DNA of 32,000 nucleotides from Opitutales bacterium. Its GTDB lineage: Bacteria > Verrucomicrobiota > Verrucomicrobiia > Opitutales > PNEW01. Location of the stretch: the NCBI GenBank assembly GCA_965219535.1, contig CBDCNV010000001.1:1500001-1532000 (forward strand), in the 5' to 3' direction. A program made the translations under genes and the position numbers. Under the pieces are notes generated by a model. That model was not told the origin of the DNA. It searched no databases and worked only from the letters and a program-made list of their open reading frames with translations. This document shows, piece by piece, positions 8,501-18,061 of this stretch (the first letter of the stretch is position 1; each line of letters opens with the position of its first letter).

Positions 8501-8875
8501 TGGCGCTTGGTCTAATACATAAAGATACATCGTTGCGGTATTACCGTTACCCATATCTAAATTATATAAAGACTCGATCATCCAGGGTGAAGAATCAACC
8601 CATCCCGTCCAGTCGTCTTCATTGAGTGCTCTTAAGGCAATCTCCGCGCCAGCATGTGTTACATTGACCAGGTTCTGTTCGGTAAAATCACTATTCGCGA
8701 TATTTAATTCCGTCAGCGTCGAGCGTAAATAACTGGATGTGATAAAACCAAAAATACCCGCAATGAGTAATGCAATAATGAGCGTCGATCCTTTTTCTCT
8801 TACGGAGCGATCACTCTTTCGACCTGCAATGAAGTCATCTAATCGGCTTTGTTTTCTCTGGCTTTGGCTCAACAT
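8497..8875 (-). pseudogene. N-terminal third of the PilX-like protein (PilX_N-type hydrophobic N-terminus)
   Basis: The start MLSQSQRKQ...EKGSTLIIALLIAGIFGFITSSYLRSTL resembles the PilX N-terminal domain. The apparent stop at 8489..8491 is supplied by the IS end. Confidence 0.75.
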
Positions 8876-9416
8876 CTTTAATCTTTAAGTAAATATATTA
8901 GGTATTATAGTGTATAATGCAAGTAAAAATAGGGTATTTACCTATTAATAATATGTAAAATTACCCCAGTGCTCACAGCATCAGGATTGTCTAACCGCCT
9001 CCTTCTCTAAGGGTCATTAATTACATCTAAGTAATTAATAATTAATATTATATATAAGCAGAGAAATAATCACACGGATAAAAAAGGACGAAAATAAGCG
9101 TGAATTTCAACACCTCATCTAATTGCACATGCTAAAAAGATGTAAAAACCCGTGAAATTTCAGGAAAAAAAGCAATAGAATGAAGCGAAAATCAGTGGAA
9201 TTGAGAGCCTGGAACGAGATAATTGACGGAAGTAAAACAGCGCACGGAATTAAAAAAGCGGGAAGTGATAAAATTGATATCATCGCGGTCGATTTTATAG
9301 GATAAGGAAAAGAAATAAATTCATTAGATGATCACATGAGTGATTACAGGCTAGCAAGGTAGAGAGAAATTCCTCTAGATTAAGATGAGAACTATTCAGT
9401 ATAGTTGAATGAGATC

Positions 9417-9965
9417 ATGAATTCAGATATAAAAAAGTTTGCAGATTTTTTTAGAAAGGAAGGGGCGAATGATATTGGCCATAGTGATATCACCTACCTT
9501 GCTCATGCGATGGGAGTATATCGAGATTTGAAATCCTGGGAGTGCGATGAAGAACTTTGTCACATGGCTATTTTTCATTCGATATATGGAACCGAAACAT
9601 TTCAGGGCTATACCCTGCCACTGGACCGACGCGGAGAGATCCGATCATTTATAGGTGAGCGTGCGGAGAAACTGGCTTATTTAAATTGTGCACTTACTTA
9701 TGAATCTTATGATCGCAATTTCCATGGAGGTGAGATGAGTTATAAAATTTTCGACCGTTTTAAAAATGAAGAGGTTGAGCTGTCACCCCATGACTTCGAG
9801 GATTTATGTCGCGTTCATCTTTGTGATCGTTTGGAGCAAGCGGGTCGATCGCTGGATTGGGACTGGCGCCGTGAAGCGTTCGAGGGGATGGCCGAATTTC
9901 TGGGTGGTGTTGCAAAAGAATCTTATGATCGTGTTTATGCGGAAGAAATGGAGGCAAAAAAATGA
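9417..9965 (+). CDS. hypothetical protein (H..FHSIYGTE motif, reminiscent of DUF6817/HD-like proteins)
   Basis: ORF of 182-186 aa with an ATG at 9417 (TTG at 9405 is possible). Its stop overlaps the next start (ATGA at 9962..9965). Confidence 0.65.
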   Translation: MNSDIKKFADFFRKEGANDIGHSDITYLAHAMGVYRDLKSWECDEELCHMAIFHSIYGTETFQGYTLPLDRRGEIRSFIGERAEKLAYLNCALTYESYDRNFHGGEMSYKIFDRFKNEEVELSPHDFEDLCRVHLCDRLEQAGRSLDWDWRREAFEGMAEFLGGVAKESYDRVYAEEMEAKK

Positions 9966-10405
9966 GTAAAGTGTTTACGAGTTCAATAATCCCCGCACCG
10001 TTAGATAAAGTGTGGGATAAAATTAGTGATTTTAATGCATTACCGGATTGGCATCCGGCAGTTGCCGATTGCTATATCGAAGATGATAAGCCTAGTGACT
10101 TTATCGGCTGTGTCCGCAATTTTAATCTCAAAGACAATGGTGGTAATATTCGTGAGCGACTTCTAGCTTTGAATAATGACGAATATTATTTTACCTATTG
10201 TATTTTGGAATCTCCGATGAAAGTTGAAAATTATATCGCTACCCTGAGTTTACTTCCCATAACTGATGGGAATCAAACATACGCGGAATGGACAGCACAG
10301 TTCGATTGTGATGCAAAAGATGAAGCAGAACTGCTTGATTTCATTGGTAACGGCGTCTTTCAAGGTGGGTTTAATGTCTTGAAGGAACATTTCAGCCGCT
10401 CATAA
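9962..10405 (+). CDS. SRPBCC (Bet v1/polyketide-cyclase-like) family protein
   Basis: 147 aa with an N-terminal pattern I..P...VW..I.DF..L..WHP typical of SRPBCC proteins. It is translationally coupled to the upstream gene. Confidence 0.75.
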   Translation: MSKVFTSSIIPAPLDKVWDKISDFNALPDWHPAVADCYIEDDKPSDFIGCVRNFNLKDNGGNIRERLLALNNDEYYFTYCILESPMKVENYIATLSLLPITDGNQTYAEWTAQFDCDAKDEAELLDFIGNGVFQGGFNVLKEHFSRS

Positions 10406-10412
10406 AAATACG

Positions 10413-11405
10413 ATGGAAAAAGTTCGCTGGGGTATTCTAAGTACCGCAAAGATTGGTACAAATAGAGTAATACCGGCGATGCAAAAGGGGGAGTACTGCG
10501 AAATTATCGCGATCGCCTCTCGCCAATTGGATAAAGCGCAAGCGGCAGCGAGAGAATTAGGAATTAGTAAAGCATACGGCACCTATGATGAGTTATTAAA
10601 TGATCCCGATGTCGACGCGATATATAATCCTCTGCCTAATCATCTCCATGTTCCCTGGACGATAAAGGCCATGGAAGCAGAGAAGCACGTCCTGTGCGAA
10701 AAGCCAATTGGTTTATCTTCAGCGGAGGGGCAGAAGATAGTCGATGAAGCAAAAAAGCGACCGGAGCTGAAAGTCATGGAAGCATTCATGTATCGTCATC
10801 ATCCCCAGTGGCAAAAAGCACGGCAATTCATTGAGGAGGGGAAAATCGGTAAACTGCGAATGGTTCAATCTGTATTTTCCTACTTTAATGTTAATGCGGA
10901 CGATATAAGGAACAAGGCTGAAATTGGGGGTGGGGGACTAATGGATATAGGTTGTTATAATGTTTCATTATCGAGATTTATTTTTGGGAGTGAGCCAAAA
11001 AAGGTTTGCGGAATCATGGAAATGGATCCGCAGTTTAAAACGGATAGACTTGTTTCAGCGATTTTGGATTTCGGGTGCGGCACCGCTGTCTTTACGTGCT
11101 CAACGCAGCTATCGCGGTATCAAAGGGTCAATATTTTTGGCACTGAGGGCCGAGTGGAGCTTGAAAATATTAACTACCCCGCAGATGAAGCATCAAAACT
11201 ATGGCTTCAACAAGATGAGAAAATTACTGAACTACCAATACCCAAGTGTGATCATTATGAGATTCAAGGTGATCGGTTTTCTCTCGCCATCATAAACGAT
11301 ACAGCAGTATTCACGCCGATCGAAGACGCGATTGCCAATATGAAAGTGCTGGAGGCGATTGTCCAAAGCGCAACCAATAACACCTGGGTTAGTTTGGAAG
11401 GATAG
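10413..11405 (+). CDS. Gfo/Idh/MocA family oxidoreductase
   Basis: Has VRWGILSTAKIG (Rossmann) and an EKP motif (HVLCEKP), is 330 aa, and has the matching C-terminal alpha/beta domain. Confidence 0.9.
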   Translation: MEKVRWGILSTAKIGTNRVIPAMQKGEYCEIIAIASRQLDKAQAAARELGISKAYGTYDELLNDPDVDAIYNPLPNHLHVPWTIKAMEAEKHVLCEKPIGLSSAEGQKIVDEAKKRPELKVMEAFMYRHHPQWQKARQFIEEGKIGKLRMVQSVFSYFNVNADDIRNKAEIGGGGLMDIGCYNVSLSRFIFGSEPKKVCGIMEMDPQFKTDRLVSAILDFGCGTAVFTCSTQLSRYQRVNIFGTEGRVELENINYPADEASKLWLQQDEKITELPIPKCDHYEIQGDRFSLAIINDTAVFTPIEDAIANMKVLEAIVQSATNNTWVSLEG

Positions 11406-11416
11406 TGCTTCGATTA

Positions 11417-12409
11417 TTAATCGGATAGCTCGACGCGCTGTTTTTCTCTCCAGGAACGCAGACCGGCGTCAATAATTTCGATCGAAACAATCGCCTCGCT
11501 CGACGGACTCTCAGGTGAGCGTTCACCTTTAACGGCATCAAAAAAAGCCTGGTGTTCCAGGCGGTACATCTCATCCCTTTCGAATGGGTATTCTTCCGTT
11601 GATTCTGTCCCGTCACGGTGATCACCCTGGCGAATCATCTCGGAGTTCATGTCGTAATATAACCATTTTTGATCCCCAATTACTTCACACGCGGATCTTG
11701 CTGGATGTTGTATGAAATTTAAGTGAATTGATGTGAGAAACGCATCTTCATAATCACAGAGTATATCCATGATGTTAGGATTGGAGCTAAGCTCTAATTC
11801 TCCCCCCTGGATACCAGTTACATAAATCCCTTTAGGGCGTTTACCAAATATCCAATTAAAGAGATCGGGTTGATGGGCATAATCATAAAAGAGAGCGCCT
11901 TCAAGATCTCGCTGATGGCGCGAGAGCGAGTTGACGAGGGTCATGTAGGTGCCAATGTGAAATTGAGCATGAAGTACCGTGCCTAGAACTCCCTCTTCAA
12001 TTAACGATTTGATACGAATAAATGCGGGATGAAAATGGTATTGAAATCCAATATTAAGAATCGTTTTCGCGGATAAGGCAGCCGCATGCATGGCCCGAGC
12101 ATTTTCCAGGCTATCACTCATCGGCTTTTCGCATAGCACGTGGCACCCCGCCTGTAGTGCTGCGATAGTCTGTTCTTTGTGTAAGATTTGCGGAGTGGCA
12201 ATGACTACCATTTCTGGTGGGTTCTCTAACACTGTTTCAAAAGCACTATGATTGCGCAGGTCGCCAAGCTCCTTCCGTGCAATTTCCAGGGACGATTCAT
12301 CGGGTTCGCAGATTTCTACTTCCAGGTCATCTCTTTCACTGAGTAATCTTGCATGGCGGCGACCGATGGACCCCACGCCGACAACAACTATTCTCCGCTT
12401 CATTGCCAT
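11417..12409 (-). CDS. Gfo/Idh/MocA family oxidoreductase
   Basis: Has RIVVVGVGSIGRRH and HVLCEKP and is 330 aa. Its start overlaps the end of the upstream SDR gene by 10 nt. Confidence 0.9.
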   Translation of the reverse strand: MAMKRRIVVVGVGSIGRRHARLLSERDDLEVEICEPDESSLEIARKELGDLRNHSAFETVLENPPEMVVIATPQILHKEQTIAALQAGCHVLCEKPMSDSLENARAMHAAALSAKTILNIGFQYHFHPAFIRIKSLIEEGVLGTVLHAQFHIGTYMTLVNSLSRHQRDLEGALFYDYAHQPDLFNWIFGKRPKGIYVTGIQGGELELSSNPNIMDILCDYEDAFLTSIHLNFIQHPARSACEVIGDQKWLYYDMNSEMIRQGDHRDGTESTEEYPFERDEMYRLEHQAFFDAVKGERSPESPSSEAIVSIEIIDAGLRSWREKQRVELSD

Positions 12410-13215
12410 ATACTGAACCCGCCATCGACAACCAGGTTCTGCCCCGTCACATAATCAGAGGCGGGAGAAGCGAGAAATAGCGCCGCGCCCTTAATATCAA
12501 TCTCGTCTCTACCCATATGTCCAGCCGGTGTTCGGTCACTGTATGCTTTCGTAAATTCATCAATCATCCCTCGCGTGGGCCCTGTAAATCCACCGGGAGA
12601 GATGGCGTTCACACAGATTCCCATCGGTGAAAGAAGTCCTGCCAGATCCAGGGTCATTCCAATTACGCCGCCTTTTGCCGCTGCGTAATCTACGGGTTGG
12701 CCGTTCATATTAAGACGTTCATACATGCGCCGGTCGCGACCGACAATGCCGGCGATCGAAGCAATATTAATTATTTTTCCCGACTTCTGCTCAGCCATCA
12801 ATTTGGCGACTTCCTGGCAGCAATAGAGTGCGCCCATCAAATTTATAGTAATGAGATCTTCTGCATCTTTAGGGTCGCGTTTAAATAGGTGAGCGGGGCC
12901 CGATCCTGATCCCCCCCCACCCCCAGCGTTATTAATTAGAATATCGATATGGCCTTTCCATTCGTGAGCTTTTGTAACCGCCTGGCTGACGTTCGCGTGA
13001 TTGCTTTGATCGAGCTCGAGGGGGAGGACTTCGACCCCATGTTCTTTGTTTAATTTTTCAGCCGATGTTTCGGCACTGGAAAGTGTTCTTGAGGTAATCA
13101 CTAAATCCGCTCCCGCTTCAGCCAGAGCGTCCGCCATATCATATCCAAGGTGTCTGGCTCCTCCCGTAACCATGGCTACCTTGCCGTCGAGTCTAAACAT
13201 ATCCATTACATTCAT
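12400..13215 (-). CDS. SDR-family oxidoreductase
   Basis: Has GKVAMVTGGARHLG, NNAG and YAAAKGG (YxxxK). It also carries an unusual GGGGSGSG insertion after NNAG. Confidence 0.9.
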   Translation of the reverse strand: MNVMDMFRLDGKVAMVTGGARHLGYDMADALAEAGADLVITSRTLSSAETSAEKLNKEHGVEVLPLELDQSNHANVSQAVTKAHEWKGHIDILINNAGGGGGSGSGPAHLFKRDPKDAEDLITINLMGALYCCQEVAKLMAEQKSGKIINIASIAGIVGRDRRMYERLNMNGQPVDYAAAKGGVIGMTLDLAGLLSPMGICVNAISPGGFTGPTRGMIDEFTKAYSDRTPAGHMGRDEIDIKGAALFLASPASDYVTGQNLVVDGGFSIWQ

Positions 13216-13303
13216 ACCACTAACTACTCAAAAATTACGATCATCGAGCAATCTTAAAATGAAGATAGTAGGAGAGGGGAAGGGATGAGAGGGAAGTCGT
13301 GAG

Positions 13304-14143
13304 CTAAACCCCGGCCAGCTCTTCACGAGCGACTTTTAAGATCTCATCATTGGATACTTTATGGATAGGCGTATAAAATGGACCATCACTACCTTTTTTA
13401 TAAGGTTCGTTATCGGCCCGGTTGTAAGTGCATCTGAACAACCAACGGTGATAGGGAGATTCGTTGACGGAGGATGCATGTAAGAGATTACAATGAAAAA
13501 ACAAAGTATCGCCTGGTTCTAATTCACAATAAACGCGCTCATAGCGTTTCATTGCCTCTTCGACGCGTTCGGGATCCGTTCCCGTCTGAACATCGGGGTT
13601 GTGAACTCCCTTGGCAAAGGCGGAAAGAACTTTTAACATTTTATCTTCGCTCATGCCTTCAGTCCCGCGAACGGTCAGGTCAATCCTCTCCATTTTGTGT
13701 GAGCCTTTTAAGACCTGTAAGCACCCGTTTTCTTTATTGGCCCGTTCTATTGCCACCAAACAGCTGATCGCGTTTGGCAATAAGAGACCACCTTTATACC
13801 AGTAGGGGTAGTCCTGGTGCCATTCCACCGATCCCCCCACTTCTGGTTCTTTATGGATAATCGAGCTGTTCCAATTATAGACTTCTCCCTCGAGTAAAGC
13901 TTCTGCGGTATTTACCAGTCTTTCGTTGCGCGAGATCATACCATAGAGATCATCGCGCTGCTCGGTCCACGAGATGCGTTTACTTATTTTTCCCTCGCTA
14001 TCTACCTGGGTGAGGGGGGAATCCTGCATCTGCCGGTCGTGACGACATTTCTTACTCAATAGTTCCATCAGTTCCTCATTAAAGAGGGCGGGTATGATTA
14101 GATATCCATCTTCCTGGAACTTTCTTATCTGATCAGTATTCAT
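13304..14143 (-). CDS. phytanoyl-CoA dioxygenase (PhyH) family Fe(II)/2OG oxygenase
   Basis: Has FQEDGYLII, WHQDYPYW, GCLQVLKGSHK and LLHASSVN. Confidence 0.85.
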   Translation of the reverse strand: MNTDQIRKFQEDGYLIIPALFNEELMELLSKKCRHDRQMQDSPLTQVDSEGKISKRISWTEQRDDLYGMISRNERLVNTAEALLEGEVYNWNSSIIHKEPEVGGSVEWHQDYPYWYKGGLLLPNAISCLVAIERANKENGCLQVLKGSHKMERIDLTVRGTEGMSEDKMLKVLSAFAKGVHNPDVQTGTDPERVEEAMKRYERVYCELEPGDTLFFHCNLLHASSVNESPYHRWLFRCTYNRADNEPYKKGSDGPFYTPIHKVSNDEILKVAREELAGV

Positions 14144-14148
14144 TTTCT

Positions 14149-14943
14149 TTATTTATCCATGTAACCGAATTCCTTCATCCAGTCAATCCAGCGCTGACGG
14201 CGATCATCCTTATGCGCTTCTGACAGCCATTGGGGATGGTACTCAGGTCCGGGTGTCTCATATGTATTTTTAGCAAGATTTTCCCGGGTACTGCGGGATC
14301 CTCTCATATCGTAGAGAGTCGCTTCTTTTTCATCAGCTGATTTTGGGACGCGATTATATATGAGTGTAATTAATCGGCGATCCTCAGATCCACCCGAGCT
14401 GCCATGCCAGAGTCGCGCGTCAAAGATAACTCCATCACCAGGATTGACTGCGCAAATATGGGCGTAGACGTTTCCTGGATTTTCACTTCTCAGATTATTC
14501 CGCAGGAGTTCGTCGTGGATAGGATTGCGGTGTGAACCGGGAATGAATCTTATGGCGCCATTGCGATCGTTTAGAGACTGAAGGTAGAAGGCGAATTTGA
14601 GGCTTCGAAAATTAATATTTTCACAGTCGGGATGCCATTGCGTTTCACCTACAAAGCTACCGGAATTACAAGATACTCCATAAACCTCACCGCCGAGAAG
14701 TTGCTCTGCGATGTTACATATTCTTTCATCTTCCAATAAGCTGCCCGAATAGGGAGTATCCGGTCCAAGGTTTGGCCAGCTCACATAGTTATGGTAGCCA
14801 GGAGTTGTCGTTGAGCGGAGGGTGTTCGTTAGTTTAGATTCAAATTCGGAATTGATTTTAGCGATTTCATCAGATTTAAGAAAATCACGAAGAATTAAAA
14901 ATCCAAAAGTCTTATAATAAGTTAGCTGATGCGAGGTGAGCAT
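14149..14943 (-). CDS. phytanoyl-CoA dioxygenase (PhyH) family protein
   Basis: Has YKTFGFLILRDF, QWHPD, GAIRFIPGSHRNP and RLWHGSSG. Confidence 0.85.
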   Translation of the reverse strand: MLTSHQLTYYKTFGFLILRDFLKSDEIAKINSEFESKLTNTLRSTTTPGYHNYVSWPNLGPDTPYSGSLLEDERICNIAEQLLGGEVYGVSCNSGSFVGETQWHPDCENINFRSLKFAFYLQSLNDRNGAIRFIPGSHRNPIHDELLRNNLRSENPGNVYAHICAVNPGDGVIFDARLWHGSSGGSEDRRLITLIYNRVPKSADEKEATLYDMRGSRSTRENLAKNTYETPGPEYHPQWLSEAHKDDRRQRWIDWMKEFGYMDK

Positions 14944-14949
14944 TTTTCT

Positions 14950-17808
14950 TTAAAGTTCGAATGGATTGCCTTTGAGAAAAGCCCACTCTATGCGCACTTC
15001 GTGAAGTCTTGGTGTGCCACAGCCATAAGGTGAAACGAGGGTGGCTTTATACTGTAACCAGCGGGCATTGTAAGGAATATTATAAAGTCTTTTCCCCGAT
15101 TTTTCATAATAGGTATTTTTACCACTCCAACCGTGCCACTTTGCTTTATCAAGGGTTGCTATTGTTTTAGCCCAACGAATCTGGAGTTTTACTTTTAATA
15201 GATCTGTTTCATCAGCTTCCCAGTGAATGCGACGCGCTCTTCTATATCCCATTTCAATGGGGGCAGATATGAAATGTTCCTCAGGCTTTCGATTGAAAGC
15301 GTTTCCCCGATCAAAGCTCGTCATCCCGTGAGGGCCCAATCCTGGGATTCCTGTTCTATTAGAATTGGAAAAACCTTCAGCACTTCCCCAGTAAATAAAC
15401 GAATCGACCTGATGACCTATATCATTGCGATGACAGCCTAAAGCTATATCGATCCAACCATCACGGTTCAGGTCCGCCTGCATCACGGCACCCGAGGCGT
15501 AACTCTCAAGATCTAAGGGGTTACTGAAATCCAATTTTTTTCCGTTGCCATAAAATACCTGTGCGGGTGGAGTTCTGGAGGTGGGGTTAGCATAAGCAGT
15601 AGCGAGTAAATCCAGGTTGCCATCGTTATTGAAGTCAGCGACCGCAGTAAAACCAGAGCTGTACCCAGCGAGCAATTCCTGTGAATTTTCGGGATCATAA
15701 CCATCGGGGCTTCCAAAGAGCACACGAATAGTGTCTGAATGACGGCGGCGGTGTCCGAGAATACCAACCACGATATCTAACCAACCGTCATTATTTATGT
15801 CTGCGAGGTTGGGTGCCGCGGAGTCTTCCATCCCATGGCAGGGGACTTTCCATACCCGATCTGTCGAATAAGCAAGTTTGCTTCCGAGGTATATTAATAT
15901 ATAATTTCTTTTGTCGTGAAACAGGATGTCGAGATGACCATCGTTATTGACGTCGCCTACAGCCGATTGGTCTCCCCGACTCTTTAATACATCATAGGAG
16001 CGTGAAGCGGAAAATCCATTTTTCGATCCTAAAAGTATAAATGAAGTTTTGTCCGGATCTTCAATACCAATACTCGATCCTGCGGCCGCGGTCAGCAAGT
16101 CCAGGTAGCCATCTCGATTGATATCGAAAGTTTCCAAATCGAAGTGATCTTCATTAGTAATGACATCGTCGTATAAATCATTGTTCGGGCCTTCGGGTGT
16201 TCCTTTGTAGATACGTATACCTTTTGGAATGGTAAATACTGACTCGGGATAACCATCGATGTCTAAGTCGGCAATGAGCGCCTGGCTGCTGTGCACAGTG
16301 AATAATTCAATCCGGTTTTCGCTATTATAGTCGGCTTGTTCGTTACCTAAATATATGTAGGAGGGGATGCCACTGAGGTGCCCAAGCTTCGTATTGTTAT
16401 AGACGACATCCAGTTGGCCGTCGCCATCAAGGTCACCGGCAGTGTTACCCATGGCCCCTTGCGTCGCTACCCAGCTTACATTTTCCGGAGAAAATCCCGA
16501 TGGGCCGTTCCAATAGATAGGCGATTGGGTTTCGTAAAGGTTTTCGTCATTTAATTTACTTACAATGAGGTCCATATACCCGTTATTATTGAGATCTGCC
16601 GCAGTAACCCAACGAGCATGGGGCATATCGAGGGTAGTTTTTGGGGTGAGTAAATCTTCCCCGAACCGTATTTCTATGCCATCAGAAGTAGCTAAAATGA
16701 GATCATTAACCCCATTATTATCCATGTCGGCAATCTCTGCACGCACGGCATTACTTACAAATTCCGAGGTGTGGCCGGTGGCTTTAATAATAAGTGGTTC
16801 GTCAATATTAATATTTCCATTCGTATTCCAATAGATTCGAACCTGACCGCTGCCGCTGAATATAACATCCTTCTTTTTATCCTGGTTCAGGTCTTTCAAG
16901 ATTACCTGACGCGCGCCGTGAGTCGGAAGTATCATGGGAGACTCTGAATCGACACCGTTTTTTGTTCCCCAGTAAATATAAGATTCTGTTTCCAGATTAC
17001 TCTGACCGACACGATAGCTGGCCAATACAATATCTAAATATCCATCAGTATTCAGATCCTCTGCCGCAATGGAAAGCGCGCCGGTGGCAACGAGCTTATA
17101 TACGTCGCTCGCATTTTCAAATTCGCGGTTTTCGCGCTGAAGATAAATCAAGACTTGCCTGGGAATCGCGGGATTATGTGTGTCTTTCCACGCGGATGGG
17201 AAAAGGAGATCGAGTTTGCCATCACGGTTGATGTCTACGACCGAAACATCGTATGCTCCCATCGTGGGAAAATCGGACCGGCTGGCTTCGATCTGCGCTT
17301 CTCTACCCCAGTAGATATACGAGTTAAGCTCAGAGGTCACACCATTGTACGAATTTACAGTTACAAGATCGGTATAACCATCATTGTCAATGTCGACCGC
17401 CCGACTCATCCAACCACTGTCCGCGGACAGGGTTCTTTTCTTCCAGGTTTCTCCCTCTCCCTTTTCGGGTGAATAGACCCAGGTAGGACCCCGCTCGATT
17501 TGATCATGTGAATTTGCTAATACCAGATCCACGTAGCTATCATTATTCACATCATAGCTGTTGATCATCTCTATAGCACCGTTGGCATTCACATAAATGT
17601 TGGCCCCGCCGTTTCCGAACTGGCCCTCTGAGAATTTATGAAAACCGCGATGCACCCACACGGTTTCAACTTCTTTCTTCTCTTTCTTTTTTGGAAATTT
17701 AGGGAATGAGTGTGCAGGTACGTTAATAAAGAAAATAAATAAGAGGGTCCCCAGGAATATAATAAATTTCTTTTGTGGGTAAAATTTCTTTAAGAATTTA
17801 TCGGGCAT
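14950..17808 (-). CDS. FG-GAP/VCBS repeat protein with an N-terminal signal anchor
   Basis: About 950 aa with many D.N.DG..D calcium-type repeats (DINRDGKLD, DLNTDGYLD, DVNNDGHLD and others) and a hydrophobic N-terminus. The start is ATG 17808, or TTG 17817. Confidence 0.9.
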   Translation of the reverse strand: MPDKFLKKFYPQKKFIIFLGTLLFIFFINVPAHSFPKFPKKKEKKEVETVWVHRGFHKFSEGQFGNGGANIYVNANGAIEMINSYDVNNDSYVDLVLANSHDQIERGPTWVYSPEKGEGETWKKRTLSADSGWMSRAVDIDNDGYTDLVTVNSYNGVTSELNSYIYWGREAQIEASRSDFPTMGAYDVSVVDINRDGKLDLLFPSAWKDTHNPAIPRQVLIYLQRENREFENASDVYKLVATGALSIAAEDLNTDGYLDIVLASYRVGQSNLETESYIYWGTKNGVDSESPMILPTHGARQVILKDLNQDKKKDVIFSGSGQVRIYWNTNGNINIDEPLIIKATGHTSEFVSNAVRAEIADMDNNGVNDLILATSDGIEIRFGEDLLTPKTTLDMPHARWVTAADLNNNGYMDLIVSKLNDENLYETQSPIYWNGPSGFSPENVSWVATQGAMGNTAGDLDGDGQLDVVYNNTKLGHLSGIPSYIYLGNEQADYNSENRIELFTVHSSQALIADLDIDGYPESVFTIPKGIRIYKGTPEGPNNDLYDDVITNEDHFDLETFDINRDGYLDLLTAAAGSSIGIEDPDKTSFILLGSKNGFSASRSYDVLKSRGDQSAVGDVNNDGHLDILFHDKRNYILIYLGSKLAYSTDRVWKVPCHGMEDSAAPNLADINNDGWLDIVVGILGHRRRHSDTIRVLFGSPDGYDPENSQELLAGYSSGFTAVADFNNDGNLDLLATAYANPTSRTPPAQVFYGNGKKLDFSNPLDLESYASGAVMQADLNRDGWIDIALGCHRNDIGHQVDSFIYWGSAEGFSNSNRTGIPGLGPHGMTSFDRGNAFNRKPEEHFISAPIEMGYRRARRIHWEADETDLLKVKLQIRWAKTIATLDKAKWHGWSGKNTYYEKSGKRLYNIPYNARWLQYKATLVSPYGCGTPRLHEVRIEWAFLKGNPFEL

Positions 17809-18061
17809 AGGTGTCAATCTTTTGAAACTGATTAATGTAAATGTATTTTCTTTAGTGCTTAATTATATTCGATAATAGTAATATAAAGGAAAGACAAATT
17901 AATATCGAGAATGTAGACCTCTATTTTTATGTGACTTGAGGATAAATGTGCATATTACTGCGATGCAATTTAAAGGACAGGGGAGCGGTGACCACGGAGA
18001 TAATATAAATTGTCCAATACTACTTGACACTATCCGCTTATGCTAGAAAAGATCCATTTTT

